55,254 nucleotides of DNA from Myxococcota bacterium (GTDB lineage: Bacteria; Myxococcota_C; UBA6777). The translations under genes were made by a program, and so were the position numbers. Numbering within the stretch: position 1 is the stretch's first letter; every line of letters starts with the position of its first letter. The notes below the pieces were generated by a model. It was not told where the DNA came from. It saw nothing but the letters and a program-made list of their open reading frames with translations, and did no database searches. Location of the stretch: NCBI GenBank assembly GCA_023150835.1, contig JAKLKB010000050.1:1-55254 (forward strand), given 5' to 3'. Below are positions 1 to 10,000 of the stretch, in pieces.

Positions 1-1791
1 GAGAGTGTCGGTGGTATCGGGGAACAGAGGTTGAGCGGCGAGGAGAAGTGGGAGAGCATCGACAAGAGGCTTCCAGAGCGGATCGTGGAGGTGTTCTTGG
101 AGGGGGAGAAGTCGCAAGAAGCCGCGCAAGGGGGCGGGATCATGGTCTTGTTGAGAGCGGGAGAACAGTTTTGTTGCGATCTGCAAGAACAGCGGGGGGA
201 CTTGTTGGAGGAGGTAGTGGTTCCAAGGGGAGTCGCGCAAGATCCTTTCTCGGTCGACAGGAACGTCGAAGTGGGCTTGTAAGAAGAAGTCGAGGCCGGG
301 ATCTTCGGCGGTGGGCAGGAAGCTATAAAGGCGCGGTGCTTGGGGGGGAAGAGGCTGTGGGATGCCCATTGGATCACAGGCCATCCCAAGGAGCAGACGG
401 GTATGGCTTGCGCGATCCGCGCTGCGTAGTCCCGTTGCGACGGATATCTCGGTGCTTGCAAGCAAGTAGTGTTGGTGTGTGGGCGGATCGTGGCGTTGGA
501 GGGTGACGTGGGTGCTTTGTCGATCGCCTTGGAGGGTGATCTGTTGGAGGGGTGCTGTTTGTGGCGGAAGCTGCGCGTGTAGCGAGAGATCGAGGGAGGC
601 TTCGATGTGATCGATATGGCGCAGCGTCAGGAGGATCACAGGATCAAGCCCGTGGGTGCGCAGGTACAGGCGATGCGGAGAACGAGCTTCGTGATCTTGT
701 TCACGCAGCGGCAAGACGAGCAGGGTTCCCTCTGCCTGCATGGAGGGAGGCAAGACCGCAGGGCGTTTTTCTAAGGCCCGAGGCATTGAGACATCGGCGA
801 TCTCGAATTGGTAAGCGCCGCTGTAGATCTGAGGGCGGCGGGTGATCTCGTAGACGGATTTGAAGCCGACGCCAAAGAAGCCGATCTGATGGCGTTTTTT
901 GTTCGATTGTCCGATCGACGTGACCCCCACAAGATCGCGGGCATCGAAGGGCAGGCCATCATGCCAGACCAAGATCTCCGAAGGGCCGAAGTGCAAGCAC
1001 CAACGGCGGGCTTGTTGATCTTCGGCATTTTGTAGAAGCTCGAAGAGAAAGTGTCCGGGATCGTCATAGACTCGACGCGACAAGAGTTCTTCGGCGCGGG
1101 CTTGGGAGATCGGCTTGGGGACAGCGGCCAAGATCTCGATGGCGGCGTGGGCCGCCCGTTTGAGCAGTCCTTGGAAGCGGCTTTGGTGTTCGGCAGGCAG
1201 ATCCAACGCAGCGAGCCGTGAGGCGGGGAGTTTGAGCAGGGTGGCTTCGGGGATCGCTTCGGTGTGTTCTTGGTGAAGTAGGTGTTGGCAGCGGTGTTGG
1301 AGTTGATCGAGAAAGGCTTGATGCTGTTGTGGAAAGTACCGTAGCAAGGGGCGATCGAACAGACAAAACAATTGCAGTCGTTGGATCGGCGCACGTTCGG
1401 CGCATTGGAGCAGCAAGGCGGCGATGTGTTCGTGTTGGGTGGTGGATATCGCGCTGTCTTCGGCGAGTAGGCGATCGATCAGGAGGGAGACTTGTAATCC
1501 CGCACTATCGGGCTGTTCGAGTAAGAAGTCTGCCAAGTGTGTTTGTTCTTGGGCGGTTGTTGGCCAGTTTTGCGAAAATAGCCATTGCAGCGCAAAGATC
1601 AGCGGTTCGTGATCGCGAGAGATGGCGCAAAGCTCGATCAGGACGAAGGGATCGATGGTTGGGAGAGATGTCTTGAGCAGATCGATCTGCTGTTGAAAGG
1701 GAAGGCGCAGAAAGTGCTGTGGCTGCAAGGCCGCTTGGATATCTGCGTGATAATCCGAAGTTGCGGGAGTGATCGAAGTTGTCTGTTTCAT
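1..1791 (-). CDS. Sacsin/Nov-like GHKL (Hsp90-type) ATPase domain protein, 3' end truncated by the window edge
   Basis: Hand translation of the minus strand from ATG 1791 gives 597 codons with no stop down to position 1. Motifs: HFLFELLQNAED, VWHDGLPF, IGFFGVGFKSVYEIT, LLTLRHIDHIE and LYSFLPT...FFLQAHFDVPVDRERILRDSPWN. Probably missing from the ORF track because its stop lies outside the window. Confidence 0.9.
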   Translation of the reverse strand, partial: MKQTTSITPATSDYHADIQAALQPQHFLRLPFQQQIDLLKTSLPTIDPFVLIELCAISRDHEPLIFALQWLFSQNWPTTAQEQTHLADFLLEQPDSAGLQVSLLIDRLLAEDSAISTTQHEHIAALLLQCAERAPIQRLQLFCLFDRPLLRYFPQQHQAFLDQLQHRCQHLLHQEHTEAIPEATLLKLPASRLAALDLPAEHQSRFQGLLKRAAHAAIEILAAVPKPISQARAEELLSRRVYDDPGHFLFELLQNAEDQQARRWCLHFGPSEILVWHDGLPFDARDLVGVTSIGQSNKKRHQIGFFGVGFKSVYEITRRPQIYSGAYQFEIADVSMPRALEKRPAVLPPSMQAEGTLLVLPLREQDHEARSPHRLYLRTHGLDPVILLTLRHIDHIEASLDLSLHAQLPPQTAPLQQITLQGDRQSTHVTLQRHDPPTHQHYLLASTEISVATGLRSADRASHTRLLLGMACDPMGIPQPLPPQAPRLYSFLPTAEDPGLDFFLQAHFDVPVDRERILRDSPWNHYLLQQVPPLFLQIATKLFSRSQQDHDPAPLRGFLRLLPLQEHLHDPLWKPLVDALPLLLAAQPLFPDTTDTL

Positions 1792-1828
1792 GAAGCTTTC
1801 CAAGAAAATGAAGAGGAAGGAGTGGTTT

Positions 1829-1952
1829 ATACGAAATCCGCCTGTAGTGTGATCGTAAAAATGTAGGGGCAGCCCCCTGTGGCTGCCCAAGAATCGGGCG
1901 GTTCGCGAACCGCTCCTACGTCTTACGATCACACCATGAGCGGATTTCGTAT
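1829..1952. mobile_element. Non-autonomous REP-doublet/MITE-like element, copy 1 (intact)
   Basis: 30-bp terminal inverted repeats at 1829-1858 and 1923-1952 (26/30 match). They enclose two inverted GTAG-type palindromes: GTAGGGGCAGCCCCCTGTGGCTGCCC (1863-1888) and GGGCGGTTCGCGAACCGCTCCTAC (1896-1919). A second copy lies at 20452. Confidence 0.8.
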
Positions 1953-4273
1953 TAGCGGGTGGAGGTGACATGTTCGGGGGAGACGTTGTCGGGGTGGGAA
2001 GGTTCGAGTGCGTCGAGGTCGGGATCGGGGAGAGGTTCAAGATCGAGGCTCTCTTCGACGGCTTCGGTGAAAAGGCTAAGGCGACCGAGGATGCGGGCAT
2101 AAAGGCTGAGCATACGATCGAGGATCATCTCAGCGGAGCCGATCAAGAGGGGGAGATCGTCGGTGCTTTGGGGTAGTTCGGGCATGGCATAAGAGGCGAG
2201 ATCGACATCGCCTTTGGCGTGATCGAAGGGATAGGGTTCGTGTTCGAGGCGTGCGTGAAGGTCGAGGATCTCTTGGAAGAGGCTGTTGAGGCTTTGTTGG
2301 ACTTCGGTTTGGCTGTTGGTGACGGCGGCGACTTCTTCGGAGGCGTGGAGATAACCGACAGAGCGGAAGAAGTTTTCGCGCAAGAGCGTCAATTGGGGGG
2401 CGAGTTCTTGGAGAAAGTTCCATGTTTCGATGAGTGGTTTGGCTTCGGTGCGGTAGGCGGTGGCGTCTTCGAGTTGTTCTTCGATCTGGGGGTGTCCAAG
2501 GAGGCACAGGGCGAGATGGATGCGTTGAAAGGCGCGTTGGATGGATTGGTTGATGGTGTCAAGAAGGGCTTGTTGTTCTTGGTGTGTGGCGTCGCGGAGT
2601 TCTCGGTGATGATCGAGTTCAGCGTAGAGCTTGAGATCGCGGTTGTCGATGAGTTGGCACTCGATCAAACGGACGGTGATATCTTGTTCGTTGTAGACGG
2701 CCTCGTTGCGTTGGTAAGCAAGGAAGGCATCGCGGGCTTCGGGGAGTTGTTCGAGAAAGTCTTCGCTGAGCCGTTCGATCTCGGTGGTGGCGAGTTGGAG
2801 ATCATCGGGAGGTGGGCCGATCGGTTCGAGGGAAGGGGGCCGGATCGGCAAGAAGATTCCTTGGAAAGAGCGCTGAAAGGCTTTGCGTTCTTTGTCGAGG
2901 GCGTCCATGCGCGCAAGCAGGATCGGGGTAGGGATCAGACTGTCTTCTTGGAAGTTGTCATCAAAGAGATCGCGGTAAAAGGAGAGAGTTTGGCGTTTGG
3001 AGGTCTCGTCAAAGTCTTGAAACAGCGCGGAGGTGGGGATGGAGAGTCGAAAGATCCCGGGGCAGGCTTCGGCAGCGGCGTTACGGGCGCGGTCGGGGTG
3101 GCTGGGGTGGCTGTCAAAGAAACCTGTCTTGGTGTTTTCGATATTTTCGTCGATATTTTTGGCGATAGGGTCGTCGATCTTGTCGAGCCGTGCGACCACA
3201 AGGGCAGGGAAGTCATCGCCAAGGCGTCCATCGCGCCAAGCATCGTGGAGATCGGCGTCTGCTAGAAAAGAGGCGACTTCGAGATGCGTGACATTGCGCA
3301 ACAGCGGGCCGATTTGATCGGAGCCGATGATACGGGCTTGATAGCGATCGGCATCGTACTCCATCTGACGGGTCATATAGCTGCTGATCAGTTCTCCGAG
3401 GGCCATAAACAGCCACAGGATCTTGCGGGTGATCCAAATAAAAAACCGCGCAAGGTAGAAACCCCACCCAAACCAGATCCCCGAAGATTCGGAGAGATCG
3501 CGTAGTCGGTCATCAAGGGCGCTGCGTTCAAACACCGCACGCATAAACCATAGATTGATGGTGCGGATCAGGTAGCCAAGGCGCATCCCTGCTCCTTGGG
3601 CAAAATGTCCGAATTCGTGGGCCAAGACGCCGGTGAAGTGACGCATCGAAAGTCCCGCAACCAAGGGCAATCCGATGCGAAGGGTGAGTTTGTGTTGGAG
3701 AAAGCTGCGCAGCCCGGGGAGGAAGCGTGCGGAGGCATTGACATTCAGATCGATCTCGATGCGTTCGGGGACGGGAGAGCGTAGGGTCAGGCAGAGTTGT
3801 TCGACTAGTGCAAACAGCAGAGGTTCTTCGTCGGGTGAAAGGGCGCGTGTGGTCTCGCTGTTGTCGTAGCGGGCGAAAAAAGGGCGCACCATGAAGACAA
3901 AGAAGAAACCACCCGCGACAAGCAGCGAAAGGTACACAAAGACCCCCAAGACGTTGGTGGTGGGCATGTCTTTGTAATAGACGGCAAATTGATACACGCT
4001 CCATCCGACAGCACCGACCAAAGCGATGTAAAAAACAAACAAAAGAACCATCACGCAAGCTGTGAGAAACAGGCCGATGCGGTAGCCCCATGTTTCGCGG
4101 ACAGGTTCAAAAGTGCCGCGAAAAGATTGTTCGATCATCTCGATCGTGACGGGGGGTGGAGAGGTAGAGGGAAGAAAGGAGGTGTGTTTCTTTTTCTTCG
4201 CCCGTTTTTTTCGGAGCGCAAGATCAGAACGGGTCGCGGTGTAGGGAAGGGATGATTTGAGTTTCTTTTTCAT
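1952..4273 (-). CDS. M48-family (HtpX/Ste24-like) membrane zinc metallopeptidase with long helical C-terminal extension
   Basis: Two N-terminal hydrophobic helices, NASA, VLAHEFGH (HExxH), EYDADRY and SHPSHPDR motifs; 773 aa. Confidence 0.88.
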   Translation of the reverse strand: MKKKLKSSLPYTATRSDLALRKKRAKKKKHTSFLPSTSPPPVTIEMIEQSFRGTFEPVRETWGYRIGLFLTACVMVLLFVFYIALVGAVGWSVYQFAVYYKDMPTTNVLGVFVYLSLLVAGGFFFVFMVRPFFARYDNSETTRALSPDEEPLLFALVEQLCLTLRSPVPERIEIDLNVNASARFLPGLRSFLQHKLTLRIGLPLVAGLSMRHFTGVLAHEFGHFAQGAGMRLGYLIRTINLWFMRAVFERSALDDRLRDLSESSGIWFGWGFYLARFFIWITRKILWLFMALGELISSYMTRQMEYDADRYQARIIGSDQIGPLLRNVTHLEVASFLADADLHDAWRDGRLGDDFPALVVARLDKIDDPIAKNIDENIENTKTGFFDSHPSHPDRARNAAAEACPGIFRLSIPTSALFQDFDETSKRQTLSFYRDLFDDNFQEDSLIPTPILLARMDALDKERKAFQRSFQGIFLPIRPPSLEPIGPPPDDLQLATTEIERLSEDFLEQLPEARDAFLAYQRNEAVYNEQDITVRLIECQLIDNRDLKLYAELDHHRELRDATHQEQQALLDTINQSIQRAFQRIHLALCLLGHPQIEEQLEDATAYRTEAKPLIETWNFLQELAPQLTLLRENFFRSVGYLHASEEVAAVTNSQTEVQQSLNSLFQEILDLHARLEHEPYPFDHAKGDVDLASYAMPELPQSTDDLPLLIGSAEMILDRMLSLYARILGRLSLFTEAVEESLDLEPLPDPDLDALEPSHPDNVSPEHVTSTR

Positions 4274-4319
4274 CAGGGCCTACTTTACGAAGGGATGGAA
4301 AAGTTCTTTGGTGGGTTTT

Positions 4320-5081
4320 TTAGGAGATCGGGCGATCTTTGGGAGCGAAGGCGTTGAGCCAAAAGACGATCTTGCGCCAAGCGTCCCACCAATCTTCGGC
4401 GCGCATGGTGTGTCCTGAGTGGGGGTAGCTGAGAAAGCGCAGTCGATCGGGGGGGACACCACCTTGGTTGCGGAGTTTGTCGAAGAGATCGAGGGTTCCT
4501 TGGGGGGAGACTTTGTCGTCGAGAGCGGCATGGACTGCGAACAGGGCGCATTCGCGGAGGCGCCCGTGAGAAACGATCGGGGCTTGGAAGAGCAAGGGAC
4601 GCAGGGACTCGCGGGGGATATCGCTCATGGGTTCCCAAGAGGGAGAGCCAAGCAAGGCGATGCCGACAGGAAGGCGCAGATGAGAGGCGAGTGCTTTATA
4701 AGTGACGTAAGCCCCAAAAGAGATGCCCGCGAGTGCGTGAACTTGGATGCCTTGGGCTTGGAGGGCGCCGCAGATCCCGGGAAGTTCGCGTGCCCACTCG
4801 CAGACCATTTCTAAAAACAAACGGTGGCGTGTGAGCGGATCGGCCTGTTCCATCGTTTGCAGATGCCCGTTGGAGCGCTCTCCGTGATGGGGAGCGTCAG
4901 GAACCACAGCCCCCCATCCTGCATCGCAAAGATGGAACATCTCGTTGACTTGGACTTCTTTGTGGGCGTTTAAACCGTGTAAGAGCAAGACAACAGGGGC
5001 ATTTTTTTGAGCGTGAGGCTGTCCCATCAGGCAAGGGATCGTGTGTCCGTCGACGTTGAGGTGGAGCGTGCTTTGCTGCAT
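4320..5081 (-). CDS. Alpha/beta-fold hydrolase (esterase/S9-like)
   Basis: LLLHGL, PDAPHHGER, nucleophile elbow GISFG, D in HAALDDKV, H in HSGH. Start moved to ATG 5081, which has AAGGAG upstream; 253 aa. Confidence 0.88.
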   Translation of the reverse strand: MQQSTLHLNVDGHTIPCLMGQPHAQKNAPVVLLLHGLNAHKEVQVNEMFHLCDAGWGAVVPDAPHHGERSNGHLQTMEQADPLTRHRLFLEMVCEWARELPGICGALQAQGIQVHALAGISFGAYVTYKALASHLRLPVGIALLGSPSWEPMSDIPRESLRPLLFQAPIVSHGRLRECALFAVHAALDDKVSPQGTLDLFDKLRNQGGVPPDRLRFLSYPHSGHTMRAEDWWDAWRKIVFWLNAFAPKDRPIS

Positions 5082-5253
5082 GCTGTGAGGCTCCTTGTTT
5101 TGGCCCTTGGGAGGGCAACCCAGATCCGTATCTCTTCCATAAGATCCAAGATGCTTGTACGATTCAAGCGGCGAGTGTTTTGGGTGAATCATTTGTCCTT
5201 GTGTTTGGCGAGTTTGTGTGTGTATACGGCTCGTCGGAGGCTTGTGCAAGGGG

Positions 5254-5397
5254 TGTTGCGTGGTCGTGGTCGATCGGGTCCAAAGGGCGGTATGCTGTGG
5301 CGAAATGGTGCGAGGGTTGTTGCGTGGTCGTGGTCGATCGGGTCCAAAGGGCGGTATGCTGTGGCGAAATGGTGCGAGGGTTGTTGCGTGGTCGTGG
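5254..5397. repeat. Perfect 64-bp tandem repeat, about 2.25 copies, intergenic
   Basis: The unit beginning TGTTGCGTGGTCGTGG recurs at 5254, 5318 and 5382 with identical intervening sequence. Confidence 0.95.
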
Positions 5398-5447
5398 ATG
5401 GAAAGACTCACGCACGGGCGGCCAAGTCAACGCATGGGAGGCGTAAG

Positions 5448-7004
5448 ATGGTGGGCAATCGGTGGAGAGGGAGGTTGTGCCTGTTTGGGTGGGTGGGTTG
5501 GGCGTTGGCGAGTTGGGCGGTGGTGGGTTGCGGTGCTGTGCATGATCTGCGTGTGGAGCCGAACACGCTGTTGTTACCGGCGGATGGAAAACGTGATGTG
5601 AGCTTTCAAGTGACGGCGACCGATGTGTGGGGGGCGCGAGTCGATGTGACCAAAAAAGCCCGATTGATCGTGCGTGGAGAAGGTGCAGATCTGCGTGATC
5701 CGAGATCTTGGGAGGAAAAGAAGTTTCGCATCGCCAAGGTCGGACGTTATTCTTTCCAAGCAGAGATCGACGAACAGCGCTCTCCCGAAGTGGTGGTCCA
5801 AGCACTCGATCAAAAAAGTTATGTGTATGCGATGTTGCGGGATGTGTACTTTTGGGCGGACAAGATCCCACAAGAAGATCCCCAACGCTTCGGATCTCCC
5901 GAAGAGATCTTACAAGCCCTTCGCTACGACAAAGCCAAGGGCGGATACGACCGCTGGAGTTATATTACCAACCTTCAAAGTCACACAGACTTCGACACCA
6001 AGGGCGAATACGTCGGCATCGGGTTTAACATGGCTTATGATCCGAAGGGAAAGTTGCGCGTATCGTTGGCTCATGCGGATTCACCCGCAGGCAAGGCGGG
6101 TTTGGAGCGCGGACAGCTCATCTTGTCCATCAATGGGAAGGCGCTCAAAGAGATCGAAGAACAAAATTTGTGGGCGACGATCTTCGGCGAACCTTCGGCA
6201 GGAGTGGCTGTCGAGATGACCATCCAAGAAGAAGGCAAAGAAGCTCGCTCTTTGCGGTTTCTGAAAGGGACCATCCATGTCCGCAGCGTCTTCCTGCACA
6301 AGATCATCGAGCGTGCGGGAAAAAAGATCGGCTACCTGTTGTTTAACCAATTTATCGAACCTTCGATCGGCGAACTGGACGAAGCGTTTGCTTCGTTTCG
6401 TGCCCAAGGCATCGACGAATTGATCCTTGATCTGCGCTATAACGGCGGTGGGCGCTTGAGTACAGCCCTTTACCTTGCATCGCTGTTGATGGGGCGCGAG
6501 ACTCACGAAAAAGTCTTCTTCCAGTACCTACACAACGAAAAAAACAAGATCTGGAATCAAAATGTGCCTTTTCAAAGAGGCGTAAAAAACGCGCTTTCGT
6601 TGAAACGCTTGTTTGTGATCGCGATGGGCGGGACGGCCTCTGCAAGCGAAGTCCTGATCAACGGCCTGCGTCCGCATCTTCCTGTGGTGGTCGTTGGGCA
6701 AACCACCCACGGCAAGCCGATGGGGATGTATGTGTACAATTTCTTTGATAAGGTCTTTGCGCCCATCTCTTTCAAACTTGCAAACGCCGAAGGAAAGGGC
6801 GAATTCTACGAAGGGATCGTTCCCGAGATCGAGGCAGCCGATGATATCACGCGGCAGTTTGGCGATCCCGAAGAAGCCCCACTCAAGGCCGCCTTGGAAT
6901 CTATCGCGGGGCCAAGCGGCCAAAGCCGCCTACCTTTGCGCATCCTGACCCCACAAAAACAGATTCCGATGGATGGATTTCGCCGAATCATCGGGGCTTT
7001 TTAA
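5448..7004 (+). CDS. S41-family (C-terminal processing) peptidase with PDZ domain, probable lipoprotein
   Basis: ATG 5448 after GGGAGG; signal peptide ending VVGC; PDZ segment (GIGF...SPAGKAGLERG), DLRYNGGG, TASASE and THGK motifs. Confidence 0.9.
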   Translation: MVGNRWRGRLCLFGWVGWALASWAVVGCGAVHDLRVEPNTLLLPADGKRDVSFQVTATDVWGARVDVTKKARLIVRGEGADLRDPRSWEEKKFRIAKVGRYSFQAEIDEQRSPEVVVQALDQKSYVYAMLRDVYFWADKIPQEDPQRFGSPEEILQALRYDKAKGGYDRWSYITNLQSHTDFDTKGEYVGIGFNMAYDPKGKLRVSLAHADSPAGKAGLERGQLILSINGKALKEIEEQNLWATIFGEPSAGVAVEMTIQEEGKEARSLRFLKGTIHVRSVFLHKIIERAGKKIGYLLFNQFIEPSIGELDEAFASFRAQGIDELILDLRYNGGGRLSTALYLASLLMGRETHEKVFFQYLHNEKNKIWNQNVPFQRGVKNALSLKRLFVIAMGGTASASEVLINGLRPHLPVVVVGQTTHGKPMGMYVYNFFDKVFAPISFKLANAEGKGEFYEGIVPEIEAADDITRQFGDPEEAPLKAALESIAGPSGQSRLPLRILTPQKQIPMDGFRRIIGAF

Positions 7005-10000
7005 TCGGATGGAAGTGAATTGTCGGAGGGTGGTGGAGTTTCGGATGTGAGGGGGGTGGGTGGGCCCCAGAGGCCGTAGGCGGAGGGGAGGACAAAGAGG
7101 GTGAGCATCATGGAGGTAAAGACGCCGCCGATCACGACGGTGGCGAGGGGGCGTTGGACTTCGGCTCCAGCGGTGGTTGCGAAGGCCATCGGGAAAAAGC
7201 CGATGGCATCGGTGAGTGCGGTCATGAGGACGGGTCGGAGGCGTTCTTGTGCGCCGAGGACGATGGTTTCTTCGCGGGAGTGTCCTTCTTGTTGAAGAGT
7301 TTGGAAGGCGCTGTAGAGGACGACACCGTTCATCACAGCGAGGCCGAAGAGTGCGATAAATCCGACGGCAGCGCTGATGCTAAAGGGCATTCCGCGAAGC
7401 CACAGGGCAAAGATCCCGCCGCTGGCCGCGATGGGGATATTGAGGTAGATCAGGGCGGTGATACGGGCGGAACCGAAGGCCATCATCAGGAGGGAGAAGA
7501 TCAACAGGAGGGTGAGCGGAACGACCACGACAAGGCGCTGCGAAGCACTGGCGAGTTGTTTGAATTGCCCGCCCCATTCGAGGAAAAAGCCTTCGGGGAT
7601 GACGAGGGAGCCGTCTTTTTGGGCTTTTTCGATGGAGAGCTTGGCTTCTTGGACGAAGGTACTGAGATCACGGCCTCGGACGTTGATCTGGACGACGATG
7701 CGGCGTTTGCCTTGTTCGCGTTGGATCTGGACGGGGCCTTCTTCGGACCAGATGCGTGCGACTTTTTGGAGGGGGATCAGTTTGTCATCGCGTGTTCGGA
7801 CGGGGAGTTGGCGGATCGCATCGATGGTGGTGCGATCGAGGTGTTGAAAGCGGATGCGCAAAGGAAAGCGACGTTCTTTTTCAAAGATCTGCCCGGCATG
7901 GATACCGCCGATGGTTTCGACGACACGGAGGGCTTCTTCGGGAGACGTACCGTATCGACCGAGGGCTTGGTAATCGAGCTGTATGCGTAGATAAGGAAGT
8001 CCATCGGTGGCTTCGACAGAGACGTCAGCGGCCCCTTTGACTTTTTTGACAAGCGATTCGATGGCTTCGGCAGTTTGGCGGAGTTTGTGGAGGTCATCGC
8101 CAAAGATCTTGATCCCGATATCGGAGCGGATGCCTTCGAGGAGTTCGGCGGTGCGCATCTCGATGGGTTGGGTGAAACTGTAGGAAGTGCCGGGGGCATC
8201 GTGGAGGAGAGCGGCTTTCATGGCTTCGACGAGGCGTGGGGTGGTCATGCCAGAGCGCCATTTGTGGGTGGGTTGGAGGGTGATGTAGATATCGCTTTGG
8301 TAAAGTCCCATTGGATCGGTGGCGATCTCGGGTCGGCCTGTTTTGGAGATTACGGAGAGGACTTCGGGGAATTGTTTGAGAGAACGCTCGACGAGAGCGG
8401 ATTGTTGGATGGCTTCGGAGAGGGAGATCGAAGTAAGGCGTTGGGCTTGGACAGCGAGGGTTCCTTCGTCGAGGCGAGGCAAGAATTCCGCGCCCATGCG
8501 AAAAGCCAGTACAACACTGAGCGCGAAGATCGCGAAGGCGGAGGCGAGGATGAGCTTTGGGCGATGGAGAGTTTGTTGTAGTAGGGGCCGATACATCCAA
8601 AGAAAGAAGCGCATGAGCCATGTTTGGCGATCTTGGGTGTGGAGAGGAAAGGCTAAAGAAGCGGCGACCGGCACAAGCGTAAGCGACAAGATCAGCGCCC
8701 CAAACAACGCAAAGATCACAGTCCACGCCATCGGGCGAAACATCTTGCCTTCGGTGCCTTGGAGGGTGAGGATGGGGAGGTAGACGAGGATAATGATACC
8801 GACGGAAAAGGCGATGGGTCGGCTAACTTCGTTCGAGGCGTGTTCGACAGCTTCGAGGGAACTTTTCCATGCGATGCGGCGTGCGGTGAGAACAAGGATG
8901 CTGTGTTCGACCATCACGACCGCACCGTCCACGATGATGCCAAAGTCGATGGCTCCGAGGCTCATCAAGTTGCCGCTGATGCCCATCCAACGCATACAGA
9001 TGAACGCAAAGAGCAGGGACAGCGGGATGGTAAAAGCGACAATCAATCCACCGCGCAGATCGCCAAGCAACAGAAACAAGATGACGATCACAAGGAGACC
9101 GCCTTCGAGCAGGTTGTTTTGGACGGTGCGTAGGGTGCGTTGAACGAGCAAAGAGCGATCATAAAAGACATCAAGGGTGACGTCTTTGGGCAGTCCGGGT
9201 TGGAGTTGTGTCAGGCGTTCTTGGACGCCTTGGATGACGTCGCGGGCGTTGGCTCCAAGCAACATCATGACGGTGGCGGTGACGGCCTCACCACGGCCAT
9301 CGCGGGTGGCAACGCCTTGGCGAGGCATGGCAGCAAAGCGTACGTCTGCGATCTGTCCGATGCTGACGGGAGTAAAGCCGAATTGCGTACGAACGGAAAG
9401 CGCTCGGATATCATCAAGGCTGCGCAAGAAACCCTCACCACGGACAACGAGTTGTTCGCCTGCGCGTTGGATGTAGCCTCCACCGACGTTTTTGTTGGCT
9501 TGTTGGAGGGCTTGGAGGACTTCGGATACGCTGAGGTTGTAGGTGCGTAGGCGTTGCGGATAAAGCGAAACCTCAAAGGTCTTCATCTGTCCGCCCATCG
9601 AGTTGACTTCGATCACGCCATGCACCATCCGCAGGGCGGGGGCGATGTACCAATCAAGGATCGTGCGCAATTGCATGGCATCGCGTTTGGCGCTGCGGAT
9701 CTCGAATTGAAAGATCTCGCCAAGGCCGGTAGATAGGGGGCCAAGCGAGGGGGTTCCGTATCCTGCGGGGATCTCTTCGCGAGCGTTCGAGAGGCGTTGA
9801 CTGACCATCTGACGGGCCCAGTAGATATCGGTTCCTTCTTGAAAAACGACGGTGACGACGGACAAACTGATCTGGCTGAGAGAGCGGATCTCATCGAGTT
9901 TGGGGATACCGGCCATCGCTTGTTCGATCGGGTAGGTGATCTGGCGCTCGACTTCTGCGGGTGCAAGGCCGGGGCTGTTGGTGAGGATCTGGATCTGGAC

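Noticed and set aside
31-1866. Short ORFs listed by the track in the first 1.9 kb
   Set aside because: All overlap the uninterrupted minus-strand GHKL ATPase frame and lack motifs.
5254-5397. Possible mini-CRISPR with a 16-bp repeat occurring three times
   Set aside because: The intervening sequences are identical, so this is a tandem duplication; no cas genes are present.
4320-5447. Long overlapping N-terminal extensions in the ORF track (4320-5411 and 5007-7004; likewise for tuf, efp, mglC, nusG, rplJ and rpoBC)
   Set aside because: Downstream starts have RBSs and coincide with where family similarity begins.
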